The notes beneath the pieces were generated by a model. The model was not told the origin of the DNA. It did not search any database and saw nothing but the letters and a program-made list of their open reading frames with translations. Shown one piece after another: positions 13,300 through 25,982 of a stretch of 64,000 nucleotides of DNA. Where the stretch lies: the NCBI GenBank assembly GCA_951406725.2, contig OX597828.1, positions 15,190,001 through 15,254,000 of the forward strand. The letters run 5' to 3'. Made by a program: the position numbers and the translations under genes. Each line of letters starts with the position of its first letter. Position 1 is the stretch's first letter. Source of the stretch: Octopus vulgaris (Eukaryota).

Positions 13300-13665
13300 T
13301 TTTATTTGTTTTAGTCATTAAACTTTGACCAAGTTTGGGGTGGGGTGCTGATTTGAAGAATTTTAGTTGAATGAAATGACCACAGTATTTATTTTTTTCA
13401 AGCCTGATACTTATTTATCAGTCCCTTTTGCTGAATTGCTAAGTTACATAGATGTAAAAACACAGCAACACTGGTTGTCAAGCAGTGATGGGGGGACAAA
13501 CACAGACACATGATGGACTTCTTTCAGTTTTTATCTACCAAATTTACTTAGAAGGCTTTGGTTGGCCTGAGGCTATAGTGGAAGACACTTGCACAAGTTG
13601 CCATTCAGTAGGACTGAACCCTAAAGCATGTGGTTGGGAAGTGAACTTCTTACCACACAACCATT
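13300..13665 (-). mobile_element. SINE family 1 (older)
   Basis: Diverged reverse-complement copy. Confidence 0.8.
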
Positions 13666-14147
13666 CCAATCAGGAGAGAAGGCAGTACCTTAACCCTTCA
13701 CAGGGACTCTAAAACTAGTGAGAGGGAGAGAAGATGGAAGGTATCCTCAAACTGAAGACCTGGTCTCAATGATTGCAATAGAGCGGACTCTGCTAAAGGT
13801 GCCTAAGGTGATGGTGTTAAACTGGGCAATGAATTAAATCAACCAGCAATTCAGGATACAATTCAGGAATTGAAGTCAGACTACAAAGAGCCAGAACAAA
13901 TACTGCAAAGCATCCAATTTAACCCTTTAGTATTCAACCCAAAGGCCATCCTCCTCCTCCTCCTTTAACATCTGTTTACCATACTGGCATGGGTAGGACA
14001 GTTTGACCAGAGCTGGCAAGCCAGAGAACTGCATCAAGTTTCAGTCTTAGTTTCTATGGCTGGATGCCCTTCCTAATGCCAACCACTTTACAGTGTGTGC
14101 CCAGTGCTTTTAATGTGGCATTAGCACATCAGGCCCAAATATTCTAC

Positions 14148-14614
14148 CAGCTGTATACTCAAACTGACCATATCAGGCTCGAGTATTCTACCTCTTGTAT
14201 TTTCAACCTGGCCAGATCCAGCCTTTCACATCTATCCTAAAGTGTCATTCCAAAAATAAACAATTGCACTATTGAAATCGTGAAGCTACCAGATAATGCA
14301 TAATTAATTCCAAACAATGAGAATGAACAAATATTACATTTGACAGAGTAATCTAATGCAAAAGGATTAATGTTCATACAGCTGTATACTCAAACTGACC
14401 ATATCAGGCTCGAGTATTCTACCTCTTGTATTTTCAACCTGACCAGATCCAGCCTCTCACATCTATCCTAAAGTGTCATTCCAAAAATAAACAATTGCAC
14501 CATTGAAATCGTGAAGCTACCAGATAATGCATAATTAATTCCAAACAATGAGAATGAACAAATATTACATTTGACAGAGTAATCTAATGCAAAAGGATTA
14601 ATGTTCATACAGCT
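14148..14614. repeat. 231-bp tandem duplication
   Basis: 14148-14378 repeated at 14379-14609 with about 3 substitutions; CAGCT at the junctions. Confidence 0.95.
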
Positions 14615-14696
14615 CTACTAATTCACTGCTCTGGATTGGAATTAAAAAATTTTTTTATCAATTCTGGAAAGATGAAAGGCAATATATAATCCCACA

Positions 14697-16055
14697 AGTT
14701 TGGTCACATGTACAACAGAATATGCTGCATTTAAATTTACAGTATTTTTAATATTTCAGTCTTTAATCAGATCATTAATTCAATTAAAATAAGTATAATA
14801 CTGAATCTTCAGAGAAATATTTAAAAACCCCCTCAAGACATTAACACTTATTTATCACTTCTAAACACCCTCTAAGTATTAACATTTAATCTAAATTTCT
14901 AAAAGCCCCCTAAGCCCTGATATATTTATATTCGCCTCATGTTTAAAATAAAAACAAACTCCTCAGGCTTTAATATTTAATCCTCCTTTCTAAAACCTCT
15001 CTAGACCATGAGACTTATTTAACAGGAATTGAACTCAGAGTGGCAAGTGCCAGAACAAATGTCAGTCTGATACTCTAACAACTCCTCTAATTTGTCATAG
15101 AGTAAGACATATATATACATAAAATAAGCATTAACATATTTACAGGAAAATAACAACAGCAAAAATATAAATAAGAAAAACAAAAAATAAAGCAATAAGC
15201 TATCAGTAACATGTAGAATTTAAATATCTTTATAGACCATTTTAATATTGTTATTAAGATTAATAAATTTACATAATTTCTTGTATGATCATGAATTGTC
15301 TTTTATTTTTATCATAATTTCTTATATAAAATGTTAAACAAAAAACTCAACTGAAAAAACATTTTAAAATAATAATGATGGAGAAAAAAAATTTCATTTG
15401 TTTTGTCACATCTCACCCTTTACATTAAAAAAAAAAGAAGACAGATGTCCTTTGATATATAAATATATATATATGCATAAATGTGTGTGGGTATATATAT
15501 TCATACACACACACATACACATGCATATATATATATATATATATACACACACATACACATATATATGCATATATAGACATATGTATATATATAAAAGTTC
15601 ATATTTTTTTCAACATTGTTAATGTTTTTTTTTTTATTAATTTATAAACAGTTAATAAAAATGTCAACCATAAAAGCAACAGACAAAAGCATGTGCATTG
15701 TTATATGCACATGCATCACATAATTTCACAGGTTTGGTCACATGCACAACAGAATGTGCTGCATTTAAATTTACGGTATTTTTAATATTTCAGTCTTTAA
15801 TCAGATCATTAATTCAATCAAAATAAGTATAATACTGAATCTTCAGAGAAATATTTAAAAAACCCTCAAGACATTAACACTTATTTATCACTTCTAAATA
15901 ACTTCTAAGTACTAACATTTAATCTAAATTTCTAAAAGCCCCCTAAGCCCTGATATTTATATTCGCCTCACATTTAAAATAAAAACAAACTCCTCAGGCT
16001 TTAATACTTAATCCCCCTTTTTAAAACCTCTCTAGACCTTGAGACTTATTTAACA
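14697..16055. repeat. ~330-bp direct duplication (~14697-15024 and ~15731-16055)
   Basis: GTTTGGTCACATG...GAGACTTATTTAACAG present twice, highly similar. Confidence 0.92.
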
Positions 16056-16620
16056 GTTCTAAAAACCCTTTAACCTCCCAGCATTATTTCACATAAAAAA
16101 AAGGGAACCCAAAGATCTATTTCTCATTTCTAAAACCACTTTAGGTCTTTAAATCTTATCTAACACTTTTAAATGTCATCTAAGCACCTGCAATCACATT
16201 ACATTTAAAAAAAAAAACCTAAATCAGAAGATTTATTAAACATTAAAAAAAAATCCTGTATGGTGTAAGACTTCTTTAAACTCTTCTAAATAACTTCTAG
16301 ATTAAATTCACATTTTAAAAAATCCTTTTAAGCCCTAAGATTTATTTCACCATTTTAGTTGTCATGAAATACTGTTTGATCATCATGGTTTCAAAGCTAT
16401 AAGGTTCCACAGTTTTCATCTATCCAATTTTATTGAAAAGGATTGGGTCAAATTGAGGCCACTGTAAAAGAAACTTGTCCAAAATGCCATCCAGTGGGAT
16501 CAAACCTGGGACCTCATGCTTGTGAAGGAAGTTTCTTAATCACACAACTACGCATATGCCTCTATGTGTGTGTTTGTGTGTGTATACGTTGTGTGTGCAT
16601 ACCATGCATAAACAGATATA

Positions 16621-17287
16621 CTGTAAATCCTCGAGTATAATCCGCACTTTTTTCCCAAGATTTAAAGGTCAAAATCCCTTGTGCATACTATATACGAGGT
16701 TAAAAATGAAAATTATTTTCTAAGCAATGTCCGAGTCTCTATTTGCTGTCCGGCAATGTTTATTCAGACGCATTTTGTGATGTCGGGTGTGAAAATACCT
16801 TAAGCTAAGCCTGAAAGCAATGAAGTCATAAAAGAATTATCCATAACATGCAGTAAGCAACATCTATTAAACGTTATTACTGTTATTTCTTTATTTTCTG
16901 CAAACAAAATGCACAAAAAAGCTACATGTTTGCATTGTTATATATACAATAATAATAAAGGATGTTACCGTAGGGAGAGTTTACCAAAAAAAACAAAAGA
17001 CGAAGACAAGTGGTGTACAAAACAAACAGATGTATTAGTATAACGCTCAGGAATAGAAAAAGTCTTTTATGTTTCGAGCCTGCGCTCTTCTACAGAAAGG
17101 GACACAGAAAAAAACAAGGAGAGAAAAAAAATAGTCTTACAAATCAAGGACGTTATATAGACCTCCTTGACTCAAGTTAGAGAAGGGGTGCGTATTATAC
17201 ACAAGGTTTAGGTTTTTCAGAGTTACAGCTCCCTAAAAATCCCCTGCGTATTATACTCAAGGGTGGACTATACTCGAGGATTTACGG
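16621..17287 (+). mobile_element. Tc1/mariner-pogo-type MITE, copy 1
   Basis: TIR C(C/T)GTAAATCCTCGAGTATA, TA TSD; three copies in window. Confidence 0.88.
16973..17131 (-). mobile_element. Short Penelope-like repeat inserted in a MITE (related copy ~40305-40470 on + strand)
   Basis: Absent from sister MITE copy at 33112-33604; shares GAAGAGCG..GCTCGAAA motif with 40353-40377. Confidence 0.55.
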
Positions 17288-17919
17288 TATGTATGCACAG
17301 ACAGTTATGTACCTCATACATGCAAGTGAACAGAACACTTTATTTTATCGACTTTTCATTGCTTATATCATTGAGTTATAATTACACATGACACCAATTT
17401 ACATCGAATCATAATCCACTCTCTTAAGAGACACATAAAATGATCCAATGAGGGAGCTGTTATGTGGTCACACAATCTGCTAGAAGCAACAGTCAAACTT
17501 TCCTCTGATCATATCAACATGTCATTTTAAAGAAGGAAAGACAATTTTTCTCAAACCAGACCATCTTGTCATTTTAATTAATGAAAGACATTACATGATG
17601 TATTCCAATATATACAATGCCTGCCAAAGTTTTCATTTTACTCTGTCAAACCTGACACATACCAGCACTACACTCTTCAAAAATCTACCGATTCATAATT
17701 TAGAGGCACTTAATTGTTCTTGCTGACTGGAGTTAATTATCAGTAAAAATTCTCTTAAATTATTGAATCAAAGTAAATATATTTGGTGCACCGATCAATA
17801 TACACATCAGTAAACAAATTTCAATCATTCTGTGCCCTAAGGATATTTTCAATTTTATAAAAATTGCAAACTTATAGCAACCAAATTGAAACAAAATTTT
17901 ATCTAAAAACATGGTAGTC

Positions 17920-17950
<31 letters not shown>

Positions 17951-18829
17951 TATATATCCACACGTGTATGTATATATGTATGTATGTGTGTGTGTGTGTG
18001 TCTATATATATATATTGAAATGTCTTAACTGAGGAAGATCGTGTATAAGAAATGATTTTCTTTTTATCTACTGTGTAATGATCCGAAACACTATCTTATA
18101 GACACACACACACACACATACGCACATATTTGTGTATATGGAAGAACACCGATATATAATTCTATACATGTTTATGCATACAGATAGATATACACAAACA
18201 TGCATGCATACATGCATACATAAACACAGACACATGTATAGCACATAAGTATATCTTTACAATCTCATTAATCCTTTTCCAGTGTTTGTATGAAATTTGC
18301 AAATTTAAACACTTGCATATTGTTAGAGTATTTCTTGCAGTCATATGTTCCTTAAATTGTAAACCACTCAAACAAAAGTCAGGAGTGGAAGCTGTTTATC
18401 AGCCAAACAGGCTCAGACATGTAGAGTTATCTGCCTTGTTCAGCAGTGTCTAACACAAATTGAGCTAATGACCACATTGCCAGTAGCTAGATGCTCTCAG
18501 CTACTGGAAGTATATCATAAATTAAAAGTCATTAATATAATAAAAACAAAAGGTAAAAAATAGAGATTAAAAATTAATTAATAATAATTAATAATTAATA
18601 ATAATCTTTTACTGGTTGTCGCCTGTGGGCTGTAATCATACTGAAGTACTGATTAAATTTGAGTTTTCTTTTAAAAAAAAACTAATTTTACTATGCATTT
18701 TATTGTTACAAAATATGAAAAAAGCAACAAGATTTAATTTTCTGACAAAAACAGAAAACATAAAGAAAAATGTTTTATACAAATATATATATAATGTAAA
18801 TATTGAAAAATATTGCAATAATAATAATG

Positions 18830-20150
18830 ATGGTTTCAAATTTTGGCACAAGGCCAGTAATTTTGGAGGAAGGGGTAAGTCGACTCCATCAACCCCAGTA
18901 CTTAACTGGTATTTATTTTATTGACCCCTGAAAGGATGAGAGGCAAAGTTGACCCAGGTGGAATTTGAACTCAGAATGTAAAGACGGATGAATTGCTGTT
19001 AAGCATTTTTCCCAGCACGGTAGCTATTCTGCCAGCTCAACAACCTTACCCAATAATAGGCTAAAAGGCAAAGTTGACCTAGGCAGAATTGAAACTCAGA
19101 ACATCAAGATGTTTAACTTGTATGTTAATGATTCGGCCAGCTCATTGCCTTGATGATAACAACATTATTTTGTTTTTATTTAAGCAAAAGGCCAGTAATT
19201 TTGAGGGGAGAAGATTGGTCAATACCATCAACTCTATACTTGACTGGTATTAGAGTTCATCAATCCTCAATGAATGAAAGGTAAACTTGACCTCTAAAGG
19301 GTTTGAACTCAGAACATAAAAAAATTACAACCAAAGTATTGTAAGGCATTTTGTTCGCTGCTCTAACAATTCTGCCAATTCACAATAATAATAATAATGT
19401 TTTGAAATGTTGACACAAGGCCAGCAATTTTAGGGTAAAGGAGTAAGTCAATTACATTCACCCCAGTACTCAACTGGTATTTTATTTTATCAACCATGAA
19501 AGGATGAAAGGCAAAGTCTACCTCGGTAGCATTTGAACTCAGAATGTAAAGCCAGAAGAAATGCCATTAAGCATTTTGTCCAATGTGCTAATGATTCTCC
19601 AGCTCATCACAGAATAATAAAGATTTCTTTAATTGGCCACATGGGCCCACAGCACTGAAGATGATATGAAAAGACAAAATAATTCTGAACATCCTTGTTA
19701 ACCTTGAACACTTGTATGAATGCTCTCCAAGGTGTACATAATTCTTGTTCTCAGAAAGGAAACTTTTGATATAATTTTTAAATCTTGATTAATTAAGATA
19801 ATAATAATTCTTTCTAATTTTAGCACAAGGCCAACAACTGATAGTCATTTTATTGACCCTAGTGGCATATGATCTCAGAATGTAAAGAGCTGGAAGAAAT
19901 ACTACTAAGTGTTTTGTGTGGCGCAGTAATAATTTTGCCAGCTATAACAATAATAATAATAATTTCTAATGTAGGCTCTAGGCCCAAAATATAGGGAGTT
20001 GGAATAAGAGTCAGTACCATGAACTGCAGTATCTGAGTGATACTTACAACAAATCCAGAAAGATGGAAAAAAGAAACAAAGTTATCATGGCAAGATTGTA
20101 ACTCAGAATATGCAGAAAAATATCTAAATACTGAAAGGTAAGTTAGTCTT
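18830..20150 (-). mobile_element. Cluster of ~6 co-oriented SINE family 2 copies
   Basis: Repeated GGATGAAAGGCAAAGT.GACC...ATTTGAACTCAGAA...AAGCATTTT...ATTCTGCCAGCT separated by (TAA)n. Confidence 0.82.
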
Positions 20151-20360
20151 ACAGCACTAATTTTATCTTGGAAGCAATAAAAAAAAAAAAAATAATAATA
20201 ATGAAAATTTTTCTCTATTAGAATTGGCACATTGCTATAAATTTTTTGGAAAGGTATAGGCTATTAGTTTGACCCAAGAACTTTGACTAGTACTTATTGT
20301 ACCTTAGGAGAATGACAGGTCAGACACTTGACCAATTCTGTCTTTTATAATGAATTAAAT

Positions 20361-20366
20361 TTTATT
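20361..20366 (-). promoter_or_regulatory. Candidate polyadenylation signal of anoctamin
   Basis: First AATAAA I found on the minus strand after the stop (~650 nt); AT-rich context makes it weak evidence. Confidence 0.25.
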
Positions 20367-21016
20367 ACTAGTCAAGAATGCTGATATTGTCTTTCTAAAA
20401 AAAAAAAACATACATTTTTATGTTTACATAATATTGCTATAAAAAAAAGAGCAACATGTTCTTATGTTTACAAAACCAGAATTTTTGTTTGAAACAAGGT
20501 AAGAATATTTAAAACCAATTTGAAGAGAATGCATTATAAAATTTAAGTAGAAATGATTGTTTTGGATCAAAACAATAATTTTGTTTGTTTCAACATGAGA
20601 TTCAATCTTTAGTTTCTTTCATTTTTTTGTATACTGATTAAAAATAAATGAGAATATAAAAATGATAACAAAAACAAATGTCCAAAATAAATTTTACATT
20701 TGACAATTCTCACTGAAAAAGGTTGTTTTTTTTTTTAAATTAAAAAAATCATGATTAAATAAGAGAGAAAAAAACAATTTTTTGCTAAAGTTTCAGATGA
20801 TACAAAACCTGAACATTATTATGAGCAAAGATCTTCTTGTGAAAAAAAAAAGGTAAAACACGGGGTGATAAAATAAAGAAAATGTTAAACAAAAACACAA
20901 AATAAATTGCACAATAAAATAATAAAAAATATAAACAAACAATAAGTTACAGATATTATAAAAACATTTCAATATGTTGTACAACCATTTATGCCTTGCA
21001 GTAATACAATTATTAA

Positions 21017-21256
21017 TTAGGCAGTTTCGTCTGCAGTTGGGAAAAAATTTGGTTTACGCCTACTGACTCCTTCAGATGGCGGCTGATCTGGTTTGTAATT
21101 ATTTACTGATCGTGCTTCTTCTCGTGCACGTTTCAGCTCTTCATTCATGATAATCTTCTGGGTAATGTAAGCTTCTTGGCGAATGAGTTCTTTTGTTTTA
21201 CTTGAAACATCAGGAATCAACCATGCAATTATACTTGTAAAAACGACGACGAAATT
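21017..21256 (-). CDS. ANO: Anoctamin last coding exon P (NFVVVFTSIIAWLIPDV...PTADETA*)
   Basis: ttttcttcag acceptor, 240 nt to TAA at 21019-21017; IPD motif after TM10. Confidence 0.95.
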   Translation of the reverse strand, partial: NFVVVFTSIIAWLIPDVSSKTKELIRQEAYITQKIIMNEELKRAREEARSVNNYKPDQPPSEGVSRRKPNFFPTADETA

Positions 21257-21387
21257 CTGAAGAAAAGGGAAAAACAGAAACATGAAAATATCAGAAAACT
21301 CCCAATGAATAAAACTACAAAACTGGACATCATTTATTACTCATGGCTTTTCAGACAGGTATCCAATAGAATATTAATATTTTATTA

Positions 21388-22058
21388 ATAATAATAATAA
21401 TAATAATAATATAATGAAATTATTGTATACAGTGCTCAGGTGCATCACAACTTGTCAAAAGTGCATATAAAGCATATGCAGTAATGTACAAATGTCTGGG
21501 AAGTGAACAGTGTATGAGTCAGATACATGCTTGCGTGTGTATGGAGGGGAGAAAATCAGGTGTAGTGTTGGCGAATCTCAGGAAGCATGGAAGTTTTGAA
21601 GGATGAAGTGCTCTGACAACAAACAACTGATACCAGCAGTTTGTTCCATACTTCAGCAACTCTTAGCATGAAAAAAAGTTTCCGAAAGTCATGGGAGCTG
21701 TGCTGTTTTCTGACTTTGTAAACATGTCCATGGGTGTTATGCAGGTGGAGTTTGAAAAGGTGCTCAGAGTTATTGTTAGTAAGATGGTTAATAATTTTAT
21801 GGGTTTCAATGTATCCATGCCCAGGGAAGTAAGGCGTTCAGAATATGACAAATGCCTGATGGAGGGTATTCTCTTGGTTGCACATCGCTGAACGGTTTCC
21901 AGACAATTAATATCCTGGGCAAGATAGGGCTTCCAGACCGGTGATGCAAATTCCAGGCGAGGCTGCACCATAGCTATATAAAGCCTCAAATAGATAACTG
22001 GAGAGCGGCTCACAAAGGACTTGGTAAGTGATGCCAAGACACCCTCAGTCTTCTTGGT
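21388..22058 (-). mobile_element. 5'-truncated CR1/L2-group LINE (RT C-terminus, 3' UTR, (TTA)n tail)
   Basis: LYIAMVQPRLEFASPVWKPYLAQDINCLETVQRCATKRIP...LSYSERL..LG; further 3' pieces at ~40830-41060 (+) and ~47045-47385 (-). Confidence 0.88.
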
Positions 22059-22285
22059 GTGGAATTTTTTAGCATCCAGAATTTTGTCAAGTGTAATGCT
22101 TATTTATTCACATCGTTTTGAATTAACCATGCATAACCTCATATCTTTCAGAGCTCAGTAATGTGATTGTTGCATCTTTAGAATGATATTGTAGAGTAGG
22201 TATTAAAGATCATATCTCACTGGTTTGAACATAAAACAGATAAAATGTTTGGGTCAGGTATGGCTGGTTTAAATGCTGAAGGACT

Positions 22286-22757
22286 AAGCACACCATATAA
22301 CCCCTCATAACTAATTTTTATTTTTTGTAATTTTCAGAAAATTTTTGTGAATTTGTATTCTACACATGGGAATTCATATGATTATACAAAAAAAGAATTT
22401 GTGTAAGTTAAGCGAGATTTAGCTGTTATTTTTAACACATCTCACGACCATCATCAATCTGATATGTTTTTCAAAATTTTTCTCCCCATAAACACATTTA
22501 ATGAAATTATGATGCCTCTAATTAGAGGATAGAAGCAAAAAAATTTGGAGTGTCTGTATTTTAAATTCTGATGTTAAAAAAAAATCCAAGAATGGAAATT
22601 TTAGGACTTAGGTAAGGAGTGGGGCAAAAGAAATTAAAAGAAAACATGTTTTTGAATAATTGTATGAATTCCCATGTGTACAACACAAATCCATAAAAAT
22701 TTTCTGAAAATTCCCAAAAATAAAGAAAGTTAAGTGGAGTTATATGGGATACTTAAA
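22286..22757. mobile_element. Foldback-type MITE with ~100-bp inverted arms
   Basis: AATTTTCAGAAAATTTTT...TACACATGGGAATTCATA vs TATGAATTCCCATGTGTA...AAAAATTTTCTGAAAATT. Confidence 0.75.
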
Positions 22758-22853
22758 CCAGAAATTCCACCACTACTTTACATAGTAGCATTTTATAATA
22801 CGAAGGTAATATATAATAATATGTTTGATGGTAAATGATAATATTTTACAAAC

Positions 22854-22959
22854 CTCAAAAACAACAACAAAAGCCATCCTTGCCGCAAAGATATGCCAGA
22901 ATTTCTCAGAATATTCATATTTATTCTCAGCCCAAGGTGGATTTCGATAATCCCGGTAG
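22854..22959 (-). CDS. ANO: Anoctamin exon O ([35 protein letters not shown])
   Basis: tttcacag acceptor, GAG/gtttgt donor, 106 nt, phase 2 to 0. Confidence 0.96.
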
Positions 22960-23304
22960 CTGTGAAAAATAAACAGAACACTTGATAATAATCCTTTCTA
23001 CTGAAATTTTGGGGGAGGAAACTAATCAATTACATCAACCCCTGTGTGTCACTGGTACTTAATTTATCAACCCCAAAAGGATGAAAGGCAAAGTCGACCT
23101 TGGCAGAATTTGAACTCAGAACATAGTAGCGAGTGAAACACCGCCAAGTATTTCATTCAGCGTGCTGGTCAGTTGAGGGGAAAGAGATTATGTGATGCTC
23201 ATGCTGGAGAAGACCTACACACTGGTGCAAGCATGGCAAAATAGTCATTAAGATGGCAGTGGTGAATGTTGGGATAATACATCCCTTCCACAGGTTCCCT
23301 CTAC

Positions 23305-23816
23305 AAGGAACCTGTGGAACGGGTAGACCCAGGAAGACAGGAGATGAGATGGTGAAACATGATCTTTGAATGTTAGGCCTCACAGTGACCAAGACCTTTG
23401 GTGATATGCCATGCTTGAGAAGACGTGTGAAGCCAAGTGAAATCACAGTTATGGCTGATGCCAGTGTCACATAACTGGCACCTGTGCTAGTTTCATGTTG
23501 AAAGCACCCTTTGAACATGGGGCCTCATGGAGGAAATGATAAATGACTGAGACCTTTGGCGATAAGCCATATTCAAGAAGACCCATCAAGCCAAATGAAA
23601 TCATAGTCGTGGCTGATGTTGGTGTCATGTAACTGGCCCCTTTCCCAGTGGCACTTAAAAGGCCCCATTACATTCTTGGAGTGGTTGGCATTAAGGGCAT
23701 CCAGTCATAGAAACAATACGAAATGAGATTGGAATCTGGTATAGCCCTCCAGCTTATCAGTCTCAGTCAAACCACCTTACTCATGCCAGCATGGAAAACA
23801 GACGTTAAATGATGAT
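23305..23816 (+). mobile_element. RTE-clade LINE 3' end with repeated 3' UTR blocks and (GAT)n tail
   Basis: GTCGTGRPRKT.DEMVKHDL..LGL followed by the GGTTGGCATTAAGGGCATCCAG...CATGCCAGCATGGAAAA.GACGTTAAATGATGA tail. Confidence 0.7.
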
Positions 23817-24053
23817 ACACACACACACACACATATATATATACAAAATAAATTTATATAGTATCCTTATTAACCGAGTGTAGTTAATTTTAACTAACTT
23901 GAGTTTCATCAACATTCACTGTGGCTAGACAGCATTGACAACTGATAAAAGCAAACATGGTATCTGCTAGGATTATATATCCCTCAAAACCATTTTAGAA
24001 ATATTATTTCATCATAATGTAATGCCCACTCTCCATGCAGGCATGGGTTAGTT

Positions 24054-24085
<32 letters not shown>

Positions 24086-24108
24086 CACACACACACATTA
24101 TATATATA

Positions 24109-24269
24109 AGGCATAGGTGTGGCTGAGTGGTAAGAAGCTTGTCTCCCATCCACATGATTCTGGGTTCAGTCCCACCGCATGGCACACTGGGCAGGTGTCT
24201 TCTACTATAGCTTTGGGCCGGCCAAAGCCTTGTGAGTGGATTTGGCAGATGAAATATGAACGAAGCCTG

Positions 24270-24300
<31 letters not shown>

Positions 24301-24772
24301 TTGTGCGGGTGGCACGTAAAAAGCACCCACTACACTCACGGAGTGGTTGGCGTTAGGAAGGGCATCCAGCCGTAGAAACACTGCCAGATCTGACTGGGCC
24401 TGATGAAGCCTTCCAGCTTCACAGACCCCAGTTGAACCGTCCAACCCATGCTAGCATGGAGAACGGACGCTAAATGATGATGATGATGATACATATATGT
24501 GTGTGTGTGTGTGTATACATACATATATATATTTATGCTGGTGTGTCTTTGTATCTGTTTGTGCCCCCCTCCCCCATCTCTGCCACTACTTGACAACCAG
24601 TGTTGCTGAGTTCATGTCCCTGTAACTTAGTGGTTTGGCAAAAAGAGGCTAATAGAATAAGTACTAGATTTAAAAAGAAGTCCTGGGGGTCAATTTGTTT
24701 GACTAAAACCCTTCAAGGACGTGCTCCAGCATGGCCACAGTCAAACGACTGAAACAAGTAAAAGATAAAAGA
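24109..24772 (+). mobile_element. SINE family 1 with RTE-tail element nested in its microsatellite (~24300-24490)
   Basis: Head 24109-24270, insert ending (GAT)n, tail 24520-24772. Confidence 0.85.
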
Positions 24773-25581
24773 TATATATATCTTGTCTATTATTTTCCCC
24801 TCTCCTTTACCCTGCCATTTATCACTCACTCTTTCTCTTTCAATCCTCTCCATCATTATCCTTCATAATTCTACCTATTTTCCGTCATAATGCCCAAATA
24901 ACAAGGGATAGCAATGGATCTGTTCATATTCAGTACTATCTACCATTACCCTTTCTTACTGCTACCGCTCTCTCTCCCACATGTCACTCCTCACTGGCAT
25001 CTACCACGTTCACATAACATCACCCTCTCTATTTCCATCTATCCAACACTTTTTTTCTTTTACTATCACTCAGTTTTATTACTATCTCATCACACAATTT
25101 GAACTCATTTCCTATTCAACCTCCTTACCAACAACCAACACATAGCATCACTGCCTAAGTTCCATTACTCCTTCCCCTACCAGTCTTGTTCCTATCAACT
25201 TGTCCTTCTCATCTGCATCACAATCACACACACTCTTCATTAACACACTTGGTTATCATCCTTTCTTCTATTCACCCACTTGAACAAACAGAGACAGCAT
25301 AAACTAAAAAATACTCTCAAGTCTTGCAGGGAATGATGTAACCTGTCTAGTATTAGTATCACAACAGAATGCACCCAGTGCTCTTTAAAGGTATAGCATA
25401 TGAACATAAACAATATATATAGTAGTAGAAAGGACACTTTAGTCTTCCTAGGGAAATGATAACTTCTCTAATGCTGGTGCTATGATAAAATGTCCCAAGA
25501 TTGCTTTATAAAATGATTGGTATAAGTAAGAGTATCCAGTTGAAGAAATAACGCTAAAAATGAAGGGTACATGCATTGTTT

Positions 25582-25982
25582 CTTTATTCTTTTACTTGTT
25601 TCAGGCATTTGATTGCGCCCATGCTGGAGCACTGCGTTAAAGGGTTTTTAGTTGAAGAAATTGACCCCAGGACTTATTCTTTGTAAGCCTAGTACTTATT
25701 CTATTAGTCTCTTGTGTTGAACCACTAAATTATGGGGACATAAACATACCAACATCGGTTGTCAAGCGATGGTGGGGGGACAAACACAGACACTCACACA
25801 AATATATATACATATACATATATGACATGCTTTTTTTTCATTTTCTGTCTACCAGATCCACTCACAAGGCTTTGGCCGGCCTGAGGCTATAGTAGAAGAC
25901 ACCTGCCCAAGGTGCCATGCAGTGGGACAGAACCCGGAACCATGTGGTTGGGAAGCAAGCTTCTTACCACACAGCCACATGC
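25582..25982 (-). mobile_element. SINE family 1
   Basis: Full-length reverse-complement copy. Confidence 0.9.

Noticed and set aside
21020-21034. C-terminal ADETA as a PDZ-binding motif
   Set aside because: Thr is at position -1, not -2, so it does not fit class I; no other support.
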